Assembly (NCBI GenBank): GCA_016840035.1
Contig: JAEOTC010000086.1
Coordinates: 83,175-147,174 of the forward strand
Reading direction: 5' to 3'
Source of the DNA: Candidatus Hodarchaeota archaeon
Lineage (GTDB): Archaea > Asgardarchaeota > Heimdallarchaeia > Hodarchaeales > Hodarchaeaceae
Length of the DNA: 64,000 nucleotides
Shown here: positions 10,301 to 19,550 of the stretch, in pieces
Position numbering within the stretch: the stretch's first letter is position 1
Layout of the letters: the number at the start of each line of letters is the position of its first letter
Notes under the pieces: generated by a model
Seen by the model: the letters and a program-made list of their open reading frames with translations, nothing else
Databases searched by the model: none
What the model was told of the DNA's origin: nothing
Program-made: the position numbers and the translations under genes

Positions 10301-11233
10301 ATGGGTAATCAATTAGAAGGAAAATCAATATTAACGCTTTTAGATTTAACACCTGAGGAAATTCGTTTTTTATTAGATGAAGCAAAAGATTTCAAGAAGA
10401 ATAGAGAGAGATACATTCAATCTCAACCTTTAAAGGGAAAAACACTTGGAATGATCTTTCAGAAAAGATCTACAAGGACTCGTGTGTCAACAGAGACAGC
10501 TATGGCCGAGTTAGGAGGTCATGCGCTATTTCTAGGGAAAGACGATATCCAACTAGGCGTGAATGAATCATTATCGGATACTGCTATTGTTCTTGGACGT
10601 ATGGTTTCTGCTGTTTTAGCACGAGTTTTTGACCATGAAACTGTAGAAACTCTTGCAAAGCACGCTAATGTTCCAGTTATTAATGCATTGTCTGACCAAT
10701 TTCATCCTTTGCAAGGTTTGGCTGATATACTAACGATAGAAGAACATTTGGGAAAATTAAATAACGTAAACCTCGCATGGATTGGAGATGGGAACAACGT
10801 TTGCCATACTCTCATGATCGCATCAATTAAAATGGGAATGAAGATGAGTGTTGGTACACCCATAGACTATATGCCTGACAATAGTGTAATTGAATATTGT
10901 AATTCAAATGCTTCATTTTCAGAACAGATAACCGTTACAAATGATCCAATTGCGGCAGTTACTGACGCGGATGTTGTTGTTACTGATACTTTCATCTCCA
11001 TGGGACAGGAAACAGAGACAAAAATGAAATTGAAGAAATTTGACGGATTTCAAGTTAATCAAGACCTAGTAAAACATGCGTCAAAAGATTATATCTTTAT
11101 GCATTGTCTCCCACGTCATAAAGAAGAAGTAGCTGACGATATTATCTATGGTGCTCATTCTGTTGTATTCGATGAAGCAGAAAACCGTTTACATACTGTT
11201 GCAGCAGTATTAAATAGCATAATCCAAAAATGA
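10301..11233 (+). CDS. argF: Ornithine carbamoyltransferase
   Basis: STRTR, HPLQ and HCLP motifs. Confidence 0.95.
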   Translation: MGNQLEGKSILTLLDLTPEEIRFLLDEAKDFKKNRERYIQSQPLKGKTLGMIFQKRSTRTRVSTETAMAELGGHALFLGKDDIQLGVNESLSDTAIVLGRMVSAVLARVFDHETVETLAKHANVPVINALSDQFHPLQGLADILTIEEHLGKLNNVNLAWIGDGNNVCHTLMIASIKMGMKMSVGTPIDYMPDNSVIEYCNSNASFSEQITVTNDPIAAVTDADVVVTDTFISMGQETETKMKLKKFDGFQVNQDLVKHASKDYIFMHCLPRHKEEVADDIIYGAHSVVFDEAENRLHTVAAVLNSIIQK

Positions 11234-11336
11234 ATTCCTAACTATCAAAAATCAATTATTAAACGACAGATAATTAAGGGAATTAGTTATCCGAATCGAA
11301 GGATGGCTAGTTAAAGTACTAACAGAGGTTAAATAA

Positions 11337-11840
11337 GTGGTTAATACTCCAATATGCAATTTTTGTGCTAAAACTGGGGTGCTATGTAAGAAGTGTAAGC
11401 AGAAACTCCGTAAAAAGAAAATCAACCAGCTAGATATAGAAATCTCTAAAGCATTTGCGAAAATTGAGTTACGTTTTGCCAAACAATTGCAAAATGTTAC
11501 TTTCGAGAGAGCTCATAAGATGAATGGATCAGTGGTACTTTTAACAAGGAATGGACATGTGCTGATCGAGAATGAGGAAATACTGGACTATTTAGAAAGT
11601 GAACTAAGACAACCTATTGAAATAGTAGAAAGAAAAGGGGATACACGTACTACTTTTGCCCAATTCTTTTCTCCATTAGATATTGTGGAAATTGATCAGA
11701 TCTTTGTACCACCCGAAGGCGATGTTGAGCTACGTATTACCTTAAATGGAAATCCAGATGACTTGAGGTTTCCATTAAATCAATTAGAGCAAATTGCAAA
11801 GCTAATCTCGAAAAATCCTGTGAGAATCGAGATTCAATGA
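11337..11840 (+). CDS. Archaeal NusA paralogue (NusA2-like, Zn-finger plus KH domains)
   Basis: PICNFCAKTGVLCKKC N-terminus followed by LDIEISKA and a KH-like region. Confidence 0.75.
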   Translation: MVNTPICNFCAKTGVLCKKCKQKLRKKKINQLDIEISKAFAKIELRFAKQLQNVTFERAHKMNGSVVLLTRNGHVLIENEEILDYLESELRQPIEIVERKGDTRTTFAQFFSPLDIVEIDQIFVPPEGDVELRITLNGNPDDLRFPLNQLEQIAKLISKNPVRIEIQ

Positions 11841-11913
11841 AAGAATAAAACTTCAAACTCGTTTACCAGCAGTTAATAACGCACACCAGTGATATTATTC
11901 TCCAAAGTACAGA

Positions 11914-12501
11914 TTACAGGAAGAATAAAAAATCAGCAAGAGAAAAACCTATCATCTGTAAGAAACCTTGAATAAAACAAATAACTCCAATTGTTACCGA
12001 AATTATAGGGCTGGAGAGAAGTTCCGCGATGAGGAGATATAGATCCTCAATCATTCGGATTGATCCGTAAATAAGGAGAAATATTATGATAAAAACTCCT
12101 GCCATAATTTTAATCTGATTTGCTCCCAAAAAAACAAGAACTGCCGCACCGAGAAGGCCTAATGCCAATGATAGAAATGTCCCAAATCTAAAATTCTTGA
12201 TTGGTCTCAAAATAAGGACAAGACCTAAAACTCCCAAACAGATTAGAGTCACTATATCAAAAGATGAGGGTAAACCTATTGGTTGATAATTAAGGTAAAA
12301 TGCACTTCCTATCATTAGAAATGAGATAATTCCGACGGGAAATCCTAGGAGAGCAACCTTTTCAGTGAGTGAAACTATTTCCTCAGAATCAGAAACTGAA
12401 GATAATCGAATCAATAACCATGAAGCGGCCACACAACCTCCCACTATTAGGAGGAGAAAATTCAAATCCACCAATAGGAATAATCCATCATCAAGTGCCA
12501 A
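11914..12501 (-). CDS. Polytopic membrane protein of unknown function
   Basis: About 6 hydrophobic segments. Confidence 0.7.
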   Translation of the reverse strand: MALDDGLFLLVDLNFLLLIVGGCVAASWLLIRLSSVSDSEEIVSLTEKVALLGFPVGIISFLMIGSAFYLNYQPIGLPSSFDIVTLICLGVLGLVLILRPIKNFRFGTFLSLALGLLGAAVLVFLGANQIKIMAGVFIIIFLLIYGSIRMIEDLYLLIAELLSSPIISVTIGVICFIQGFLQMIGFSLADFLFFL

Positions 12502-12695
12502 AATTAATATTCTCCTTTGACCTAGAAGACTAGTTTTTTTGTCTTTGATCTGCTTAAAAATCCTTATACTTATAAAATTGCTGATTGGAGTACAAAAGAA
12601 AGCAAAGTCCTCCTTTTCTTAAACTCTCCTTCATGATTTCAAATTTAAATCAACTCTGATCCCTAATTTTTATCCCCAATCGACATTTCCTTAAT

Positions 12696-13913
12696 TTAGA
12701 TTGGTTGCCATCCCACAAATATAAAGGAAAGAGCGAGATTTAAGAGTAAAACAAATAAGGCGAAATATTTTATCTTTGAATGTAGAGCTTTGTTGTTCTC
12801 TCCAAGAAAGAATGCAAGTAACTTATCACCATCTAGGAATGGAACTGGTAATAAATTCATTAATGCCAACATTAAGTTTAATCCTGCAGTAAAGGACATA
12901 GTATTCAGTATCCAATACGGGAGTAATCTTATAAATAAAAGATTGGATAGAAACTTTGGTTCATGATAATTTTGAGTGTATATTCCAACATAACCAGTGT
13001 TATTATCTAAGTTACTTCCTGTAAAATCCGATTTATTTGCCGTTCGAAGAGTTATCGGATCTATATTGCCAGAAAAATGAAATGTCAGAGTTTGATTGAT
13101 ATAAACTGTAGTTTTTACGAAATAGGAGAATTCTGAAGCAGATTTTAGTGACCAGTATCTTTCACTCCCATATAAATCCCCCTGTATTCCTATAATCACA
13201 TACCCAGCACGAATACCTTCTAACCGTGCGGGTGTTCCTGGGGAAGTATCTACAACAAGTACACCATTTGAATCTGGATTGTAAAATAGTGAATGAAAGA
13301 ATGGAAATCCTATTGGTGCAACTAAGAGGAGAATCAAAATAAAAACCGTCATATTGGCTAACCCTCCAGCAGCCATAATTCTCATCTTTGATCTCCTTGA
13401 AGCTTCTTCTATGTCCTTTTCCTCGGGTTCAACAAAGGCTCCAAAAAAGAAAATAAAAATAAAAATACCTGTACTTTTTAATGAGACTTTTTCATTTATT
13501 GCAGCAATTCCATGGGCAAATTCGTGAACAACTGCACCAATCATAATTGCCACAATTACGTAGGGTAAAACTCCGAATGATACCGTTACTCCAGGGATTA
13601 CAGGTGTTACGGGGATAGGAGCTACATCACTTGATTTAGGTAGGAAAAATGAAACAATATTTATTGAGAAAACTATTAGCCCTGTGAATAGAATACCAAG
13701 GCCTGATATTACCCCAATATCCCAAATAAGCTTCCAAATGTTCTTTCCACGTCCCCCAATTTTAGAAATTATATCATTAAGCCTCGTTGTGTGATAAAAT
13801 AGAGTTCCCAAACCAATCCTTGGATTTGAGACACTAAACCATTCTATTCTTGAAATACCTGATAAAACAATCCAAACGAAAGCAGTTAGGAGGAGGAAGA
13901 TCAGCGCGTCCAT
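12696..13913 (-). CDS. Site-2 protease (M50) with PDZ-like insert
   Basis: HEFAH, GAFVEP and NLLPVPFLDG motifs. Confidence 0.93.
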   Translation of the reverse strand: MDALIFLLLTAFVWIVLSGISRIEWFSVSNPRIGLGTLFYHTTRLNDIISKIGGRGKNIWKLIWDIGVISGLGILFTGLIVFSINIVSFFLPKSSDVAPIPVTPVIPGVTVSFGVLPYVIVAIMIGAVVHEFAHGIAAINEKVSLKSTGIFIFIFFFGAFVEPEEKDIEEASRRSKMRIMAAGGLANMTVFILILLLVAPIGFPFFHSLFYNPDSNGVLVVDTSPGTPARLEGIRAGYVIIGIQGDLYGSERYWSLKSASEFSYFVKTTVYINQTLTFHFSGNIDPITLRTANKSDFTGSNLDNNTGYVGIYTQNYHEPKFLSNLLFIRLLPYWILNTMSFTAGLNLMLALMNLLPVPFLDGDKLLAFFLGENNKALHSKIKYFALFVLLLNLALSFIFVGWQPI

Positions 13914-14043
13914 AGTAGTCCCCGAAAAGTATTTAATCTTATTAGATGTTAATGTTCTCTCATTGTGTCAGTTTTCGTCTCTAATTGTGTATTAATCATA
14001 TTCAGTATTTGTTTTTTTAGGTATGAATCTAAATCTTCGAAAC

Positions 14044-15150
14044 CTAATTTTGGTCCCAACTTATAGTGTAGCGAAGAAGAGCGATGATACCTCCAAAAGT
14101 CTTCAGTTGGGTTGCTGAATCGCTTTGAGATGAAATAATTACGATTTTTCCCTTCGTTTGCTCGATAATTTTCAACAGTTTTTGTATCTCTGAAATAGGG
14201 GCCTGATTGCTTCCATGAAGATAATGATCAATCATTAAAAGTGTTTCAACGACTCCTGTTTCAGCAATTTGCTTAATATGGGTGTAACCATAAGCAATGT
14301 CTCCCGATCCTTTGCTGATTCTTTGTAAAAATTCCTCAATATCTCTTTGCTCCTCAATTATCTGGAAATCTTTTGCTAATTTATCTAGAGCTTCTGATTT
14401 CATGAGCTCAAATAATCCGATTCGATTTCCCCCACTAGATGAACTCCCAATGACCACATTGAGATTTTCTTTAGGAAATGCATCCCTTAAATATTCAGAT
14501 AACCGTTCTTTTGCGAATCCTGGTCCTCCAATGAGTAAATTTTTCGTTTCTGGTAACACACTACGTTGGACAAGCTGTGCAATATTTTCAAAGAATGCGC
14601 TGGATTGTTCTTTACGTACTTTTGCCTTAGAGTGTTTTCTACTAATCCCAGATTTTTCTTGGAATATAACATTTAACTGATAATTATCTAAGATGCCAAT
14701 ACATACTTCATTATTATCTACGGTGAGTAACCCGATTTTCGGTTTAATTGATGCTTTTTCAGCATCTTTCAAAATTTTCAGGTAATATTTCGACCATTCA
14801 GCTTTAAAAACAGTTATTGTATCAGATATTCCAATATTTAGTGTATGATATGAGCCAATTGAAACATGTTGCTCGGGACCTTGAAAGATTTTACCTTTTA
14901 CTCGTAATCGATTGCTAGCAACGCTTTCCTGAAATTTTTGTCCTTCTACATCTACTCCAATAACCATGGTAACCCTTTGACTTTCTTCTCCAGATCTACC
15001 CTCGGTTCCAGACCTTCTGATCCGACGAGAAGTCTTTGCAATGACTCTATCCCCATTAACAATTATTGTTGACAAAATGTACAAATCAGTTGGTGATTCT
15101 GCTCGTAGAATTACTTGATTTGTCCGTAAGTCAGATTTTATTATACGCAT
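14044..15150 (-). CDS. pelA: Pelota/Dom34 ribosome rescue factor
   Basis: RLRVKGKI, YHTLNI, GGPGF and FGGIIALLRY motifs. Confidence 0.92.
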   Translation of the reverse strand: MRIIKSDLRTNQVILRAESPTDLYILSTIIVNGDRVIAKTSRRIRRSGTEGRSGEESQRVTMVIGVDVEGQKFQESVASNRLRVKGKIFQGPEQHVSIGSYHTLNIGISDTITVFKAEWSKYYLKILKDAEKASIKPKIGLLTVDNNEVCIGILDNYQLNVIFQEKSGISRKHSKAKVRKEQSSAFFENIAQLVQRSVLPETKNLLIGGPGFAKERLSEYLRDAFPKENLNVVIGSSSSGGNRIGLFELMKSEALDKLAKDFQIIEEQRDIEEFLQRISKGSGDIAYGYTHIKQIAETGVVETLLMIDHYLHGSNQAPISEIQKLLKIIEQTKGKIVIISSQSDSATQLKTFGGIIALLRYTISWDQN

Positions 15151-15189
15151 TTGGAGAAACGCCTTCTAGGGCATGTAGTTGTTCGTTAT

Positions 15190-15546
15190 TTAATATAACT
15201 TTAGTGTAGAAGTGATTTTTTCGACCTCAAGTTGATTGTGGGGTCCTACTCCAATTGCTGTTGTAGTACCTGGAGGTAGTTGGGTTCTTCCAGCATCATT
15301 AATTTTGCTTACAAATACTCCTTGTCTCCTTATTCGTGCCTCGATTTCTTCAAGTTGAGCTTCAGAATCGACCGCAAGGACTACCTTCATCTGACCCCCA
15401 TTCCACCACTGATTAAAGAGAGTAGGATTTTGTCTCATTATTTTAATTGCGGCACTGACTGCTGCATGTGAAGCTTGTGCCGCTGCTTTCCCCTTGGACA
15501 TTTTAAGGTCTTTTCTCAGAATGAGGATTTGCTTGAGTTCTACCAT
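15190..15546 (-). CDS. pth2: Peptidyl-tRNA hydrolase Pth2
   Basis: MSKGKAAAQASHA and DAGRTQ motifs. Confidence 0.95.
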   Translation of the reverse strand: MVELKQILILRKDLKMSKGKAAAQASHAAVSAAIKIMRQNPTLFNQWWNGGQMKVVLAVDSEAQLEEIEARIRRQGVFVSKINDAGRTQLPPGTTTAIGVGPHNQLEVEKITSTLKLY

Positions 15547-15637
15547 TCTTTTTTCCTCCAGTTCTCAACTATTGCATTGGAAATAATTTTGTAGGACCTA
15601 AGAGATACCCTTCAATAAATATTCGGAGGAATACTCC

Positions 15638-15720
15638 TCAGTGAGGTACATGGACATCATTAACAGGTTCAAGTGGTGTCCGATTATGAACCCATCATCA
15701 GTATAGGTCAGTATCATCAT
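15638..15720 (-). ncRNA. Box C/D 2'-O-methylation guide RNA with two guides (16S helix 34), embedded in a 196-nt stem-closed structure at 15602-15797
   Basis: Minus strand reads ATGATGA-tactgacctata-CTGA ...hairpin ggttca/tgaacc... ATGATGT-ccatgtacctca-CTGA. The guides complement conserved 16S UAGGUCAGUA and GAGGUGCAUGG. Confidence 0.8.
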
Positions 15721-15902
15721 TCTGGTGATTATAGTCAAGTTTGCATCAATTAAGGCAAGTGATCTAAATATCACCATGTTATACTGAAGGATATCTCAAA
15801 TATTGCTAATAAGAGGTTGTTTTTGGAGGTGATTTAATTCTTTAGAATTATTTGGAGATGAATCCAACTTGATTAAATTTCTTTAAAAAATAGATCCAGT
15901 CG

Positions 15903-16421
15903 CTAGGCAACTAGTTCTTCGCCCTTGGTAATTCTTATCCTGCATGGAGTGGGGAATTTTGCTTTTCCACGGCGAAGGGCATCTTTAGCCATTTCTAGAT
16001 TTTCAAGATTAGTACGTACAAATAATAATCTATCCTCTTCATATACACGGGCAGCTACACTAATTACTTTGCCAAAAGCTTTTCGCATTCCATTTTGAAT
16101 ACGATCTGCTCCTGCACCAGTCATCATCTTATTTTCTCGAATACGATGATGAGGGTAAACACAAATTCGATAATGATAATTTTCTCGACCAAGATTTCGT
16201 GTTAAGAATCGATTCACGTGTATCCTGGCTGCTTCTAATGCGTTGTGTGAGATTTGACATCGTTCTTTAGCAATTAAAGACACTTCTATAGGAAAATCTG
16301 TACCTGGAGAACCTAGATCAAAAGTACGAATTTTAGGGTCAGGTCCACCTTTTATGAATTTTTTGCGCGTAAAGGGTGGGCGGTCAATACGAGTATAGCA
16401 GTGAGCTGGTCTTTTTCCCAT
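15903..16421 (-). CDS. rpl10e: 50S ribosomal protein uL16 (L10e)
   Basis: RENKMMTGAGADRIQNGMRKAFGK. Confidence 0.96.
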   Translation of the reverse strand: MGKRPAHCYTRIDRPPFTRKKFIKGGPDPKIRTFDLGSPGTDFPIEVSLIAKERCQISHNALEAARIHVNRFLTRNLGRENYHYRICVYPHHRIRENKMMTGAGADRIQNGMRKAFGKVISVAARVYEEDRLLFVRTNLENLEMAKDALRRGKAKFPTPCRIRITKGEELVA

Positions 16422-16600
16422 GAGTATTCAACTTTGTAAGTTTAATGAAGCTGGAGCGAATTTCTATGTTATTAAATAACAAAGAACGTCGTCAGATCCT
16501 TATTTGAGCAATATTTAAGGGAGAATTTTAAATCTACTTCAAGTTGAGTTCCTAAATAAGGAAAAATCTTCTTTAAAAAAAAGACTTTCTAAGTTTTTCT

Positions 16601-16819
16601 ATGGTAGAAATTCCGAATTCGGCAGTAGATAGAATAATCAGAAAAAGTGGGGCAACAAGAGTTTCAAAATCAGCAATACAAATCCTTCAAAAAGAATTGG
16701 AGGAGTATGGAGTGAAACTTGCCACTCTTGGCATAGAAATCGCATCACATGCGGGTAAGAAAACAATTGAAGGTGAGGATATCACACTCGCAATACACAA
16801 AGTGAAATTTTTACTCTAA
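16601..16819 (+). CDS. Archaeal histone (HMf family)
   Basis: IPNSAVDRIIRKSGATRVS...HAGKKTIEGEDI histone fold. Confidence 0.92.
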   Translation: MVEIPNSAVDRIIRKSGATRVSKSAIQILQKELEEYGVKLATLGIEIASHAGKKTIEGEDITLAIHKVKFLL

Positions 16820-17233
16820 TAAACCCACGAAAACGCAAGTACTGAACCCATAAATTAAAAAAATTGGATGATGGAGGGATTTACTGTAAGTATTAGGAAT
16901 TAAATTAGATCCTTTGATTTAGTTCACAAAATAATGATAATAACAAAGGATATATTTCAAAACACTCAAAAAAAGTGGATAATTCAAACTACAAACTTCC
17001 CTTAAGAATAAACAGGTGTCAGTAATCAAGAAGACACCGAGAAACAGGGAAAATATACCGATGTTTACAAGAACATCATTAAACTGCGCTTGAAACCGCA
17101 TTTCATGATTATTACCTAACTAATTAACACTAATCATTTCACAACCTAGTGGAACTTAAATACAGATGTTACTCGAACTTTCGTAATAGGAGTGGGTGTT
17201 GTTTCATCGTAGGAATTTGGAGATGAAACTTCA

Positions 17234-18478
17234 ATGGCAAATGAAGAAGATATCGATACTAGTACTGTAAAATACTTAATTCACGAAAAATTTTCGATCA
17301 ACGGAGTAGCAGAGCGCTCTGATATAATTGGGGCATTATTTGGTCAGACTGAAGGCTTGATTGGCGAAGGACTTGATCTACGTGAATTGCAGAAAACATC
17401 AAGAATTGGTAGAATTGCTGTAAAGCTACAATATCAAAAAAGACAAAGAAAAACGACCGGAACGTTAATTATTCCCTCATCACTTGACCGTGTTGAAACT
17501 GCACTATTAGCAGCCGCTTTAGAAACAGTTGATAGAGTTGGTCCTTGTGTTGGGAAAATCAATCTTTTAAAGATTGAGGATGTAAGAGAAAGCAAACGTC
17601 GACAAATAGTTCAACGTGCTTCTCGAATTTTGAAAACATGGGATCACGAAGTAGCACCCGACTCTGTATCAGTTCTCGATGAAGTTTTGAAGGAAGCACG
17701 AATTAGCATAATCCAAAAATTCGGAAAAGCAGCATTACCTGCAGGACCTGGAGTGTTGGATAGTGATAATTTAATCATTGTGGAAGGACGTGCTGACGTA
17801 ATAAACTTATTGAAACATGGCTTTAGAAATGTTATATCTGTTCAAGGAACCGATGTTCCACCTGAAGTCGTCGACTTAACAAGGAAAAAGGTTACAACAG
17901 CGTTTTTAGACGGAGATCATGGAGGTGATCTTATCTTACGAGAATTAATTCATCTTGCTGATCTTGATTACGTTGCTAGAGCTCCTGCAAATTTAGAGGT
18001 GGAAGAATTATCAAGTAAAGAGATATTGAAAGCTCTTCGTACAAAAATTCCGATCGAACAAATCATGAAAGAGCTAAATATTACTCCAGAAGATGATGAT
18101 GAATTTCCTGAAACGACTGAAACAGATACTGATCTTGTGGCAAAAGAAATCCCTATAGTTGTTAGACGTGATCCTGAACGTACAAGTTCAGCAAAAATGC
18201 CTGCAGAATTTCTCAAAGTTGTGGAAACTCTTCCAGAACAACAAGCAACCCTATTTGATAAAGATTTTTCGATTATTGAGGAAAATATTCCTATTAGTGA
18301 TCTTCGTGATAAAATTCTGAATACAGAAAATATTGCAACGGTAATTTTTGATGGAATAATCACCCAGAGACTCTTGGATATTGCCTCAAATCGGGGAGTT
18401 GAAAATCTAGTGGGCGCTCGTCAACATGATATAACAAAGATCCCCCTGAATTTAAAAATCTATACCGCTTCGGATTAG
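17234..18478 (+). CDS. dnaG: Archaeal DnaG (exosome-associated, TOPRIM)
   Basis: GALFGQTEGL, VEGRADV, DGDHGG and FDGIITQRL motifs. Confidence 0.95.
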   Translation: MANEEDIDTSTVKYLIHEKFSINGVAERSDIIGALFGQTEGLIGEGLDLRELQKTSRIGRIAVKLQYQKRQRKTTGTLIIPSSLDRVETALLAAALETVDRVGPCVGKINLLKIEDVRESKRRQIVQRASRILKTWDHEVAPDSVSVLDEVLKEARISIIQKFGKAALPAGPGVLDSDNLIIVEGRADVINLLKHGFRNVISVQGTDVPPEVVDLTRKKVTTAFLDGDHGGDLILRELIHLADLDYVARAPANLEVEELSSKEILKALRTKIPIEQIMKELNITPEDDDEFPETTETDTDLVAKEIPIVVRRDPERTSSAKMPAEFLKVVETLPEQQATLFDKDFSIIEENIPISDLRDKILNTENIATVIFDGIITQRLLDIASNRGVENLVGARQHDITKIPLNLKIYTASD

Positions 18479-18556
18479 AAAGGATTTTTATCAATTCTTT
18501 CCTTTTTTTTCTTTTCAAACTAATAAAAGACTCTTTCTTGAATTATATAATGGATC

Positions 18557-18726
18557 TGTCGCCCCTAACACTAACTCTGCGACCACACTTACGGGAAGAT
18601 CCCTCATTCAGTCTAGTTCTCTTATGCAGGGCCTTTATGATCCTTACACCTGTCGCTTAGGAGGGTTAACCCTATCGCTCATTGTTGGGTGACACACCCA
18701 TCCTCATGCGAGAGCCCGTCTCCTAA
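18557..18726 (-). ncRNA. Putative two-hairpin H/ACA pseudouridylation guide RNA
   Basis: Two hairpins, each followed by GCG-ACA. Hairpin 1 has a K-turn-like ATGAGGA/ATGA and pocket GACGG/AACCC 14 nt from ACA. Hairpin 2 complements 23S H69. Confidence 0.55.
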
Positions 18727-18917
18727 TTCATATGGTAGTAATTGCTCAGGATATCTCTACTCATTTGCACTCCGAATCATCTTTACTCATCGTGTCCTCG
18801 AGAATAGAATTTATTCCATCCTTGCATTTAGTATTTGGGATATTCAAATAAATAACATTTTCCACGTACAATTATATCGTGGTAATGCAAGAAGAAGTAG
18901 TATTCAGTGATTGAAAC

Positions 18918-19382
18918 TTGGTTAAATATGAAAAATTAGGTTTAGGTGGAACTTTCGACCGTCTACACTGTGGACATAAATTAATTTTAGATATTGCATC
19001 TTACTATTCAAAATTTATCCAGATTGGGCTAATTAGTGAAAATTATTTGCGAAATAGTCCTAAGAAACTAAACGAATTCATCGAAAGTTTTGATAAACGT
19101 CAGATGGCTCTCATTGAATACCTGAAAAATCGGAATAGTGAGTGTTCCATTGTAAAAATTGATTCTCCAGGGATGGACAAACAAATAGCAAGCGAATCTG
19201 ATTTAGCTGTTCTATTAGTCTCCCCAGAAACTTATTTAGGAGCATTAGTGATTAATTCTAAAAGAAAATTACTGAATAAATCTCCACTAACTATCATTCT
19301 TTCCACTCTTGCTACTTCTGAAGAAGGAAGTAAGATGAGTAGTACAAGAATCCGCGAGACTCTTTTTGAAAACACAGAGTGA
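18918..19382 (+). CDS. coaD: Phosphopantetheine adenylyltransferase
   Basis: GGTFDRLHCGH, VSPET and MSSTRIR motifs. Confidence 0.9.
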   Translation: MVKYEKLGLGGTFDRLHCGHKLILDIASYYSKFIQIGLISENYLRNSPKKLNEFIESFDKRQMALIEYLKNRNSECSIVKIDSPGMDKQIASESDLAVLLVSPETYLGALVINSKRKLLNKSPLTIILSTLATSEEGSKMSSTRIRETLFENTE

Positions 19383-19399
19383 ATTATGGATAAAAGTGA

Positions 19400-19489
19400 A
19401 AGGATCCTCTATACTCAAGATCATCATCATTTAGGGATACTCTAAGAAGTACTCCTTATCGGTAGGGCTAGAGACATCATGGGATCCTT
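19400..19489 (-). ncRNA. Putative box C/D guide RNA with internal hairpin
   Basis: Terminal stem AAGGATCC/GGATCCTT; C ATGATGT, D' CCGA, C' ATGATGA, degenerate D TAGA; 11-12 nt spacers. Confidence 0.55.
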
Positions 19490-19550
19490 CCGATTTTTAG
19501 TTAGCACTTGGAATTTATAATTCTTGTTGTTTTAAGTTAAAATAGGATTT

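Noticed and set aside
16919-17101. 60-aa hydrophobic ORF between histone and dnaG
   Set aside because: Weak start, T-rich low complexity and no motif; cannot be supported
18540-18910. RNase P RNA, SRP RNA or the 73-aa ORF 18689..18910
   Set aside because: No GAGGAAAGUCC-type P4 and no SRP helix-8 motif; the ORF overlaps the structured RNA and has no protein-like features
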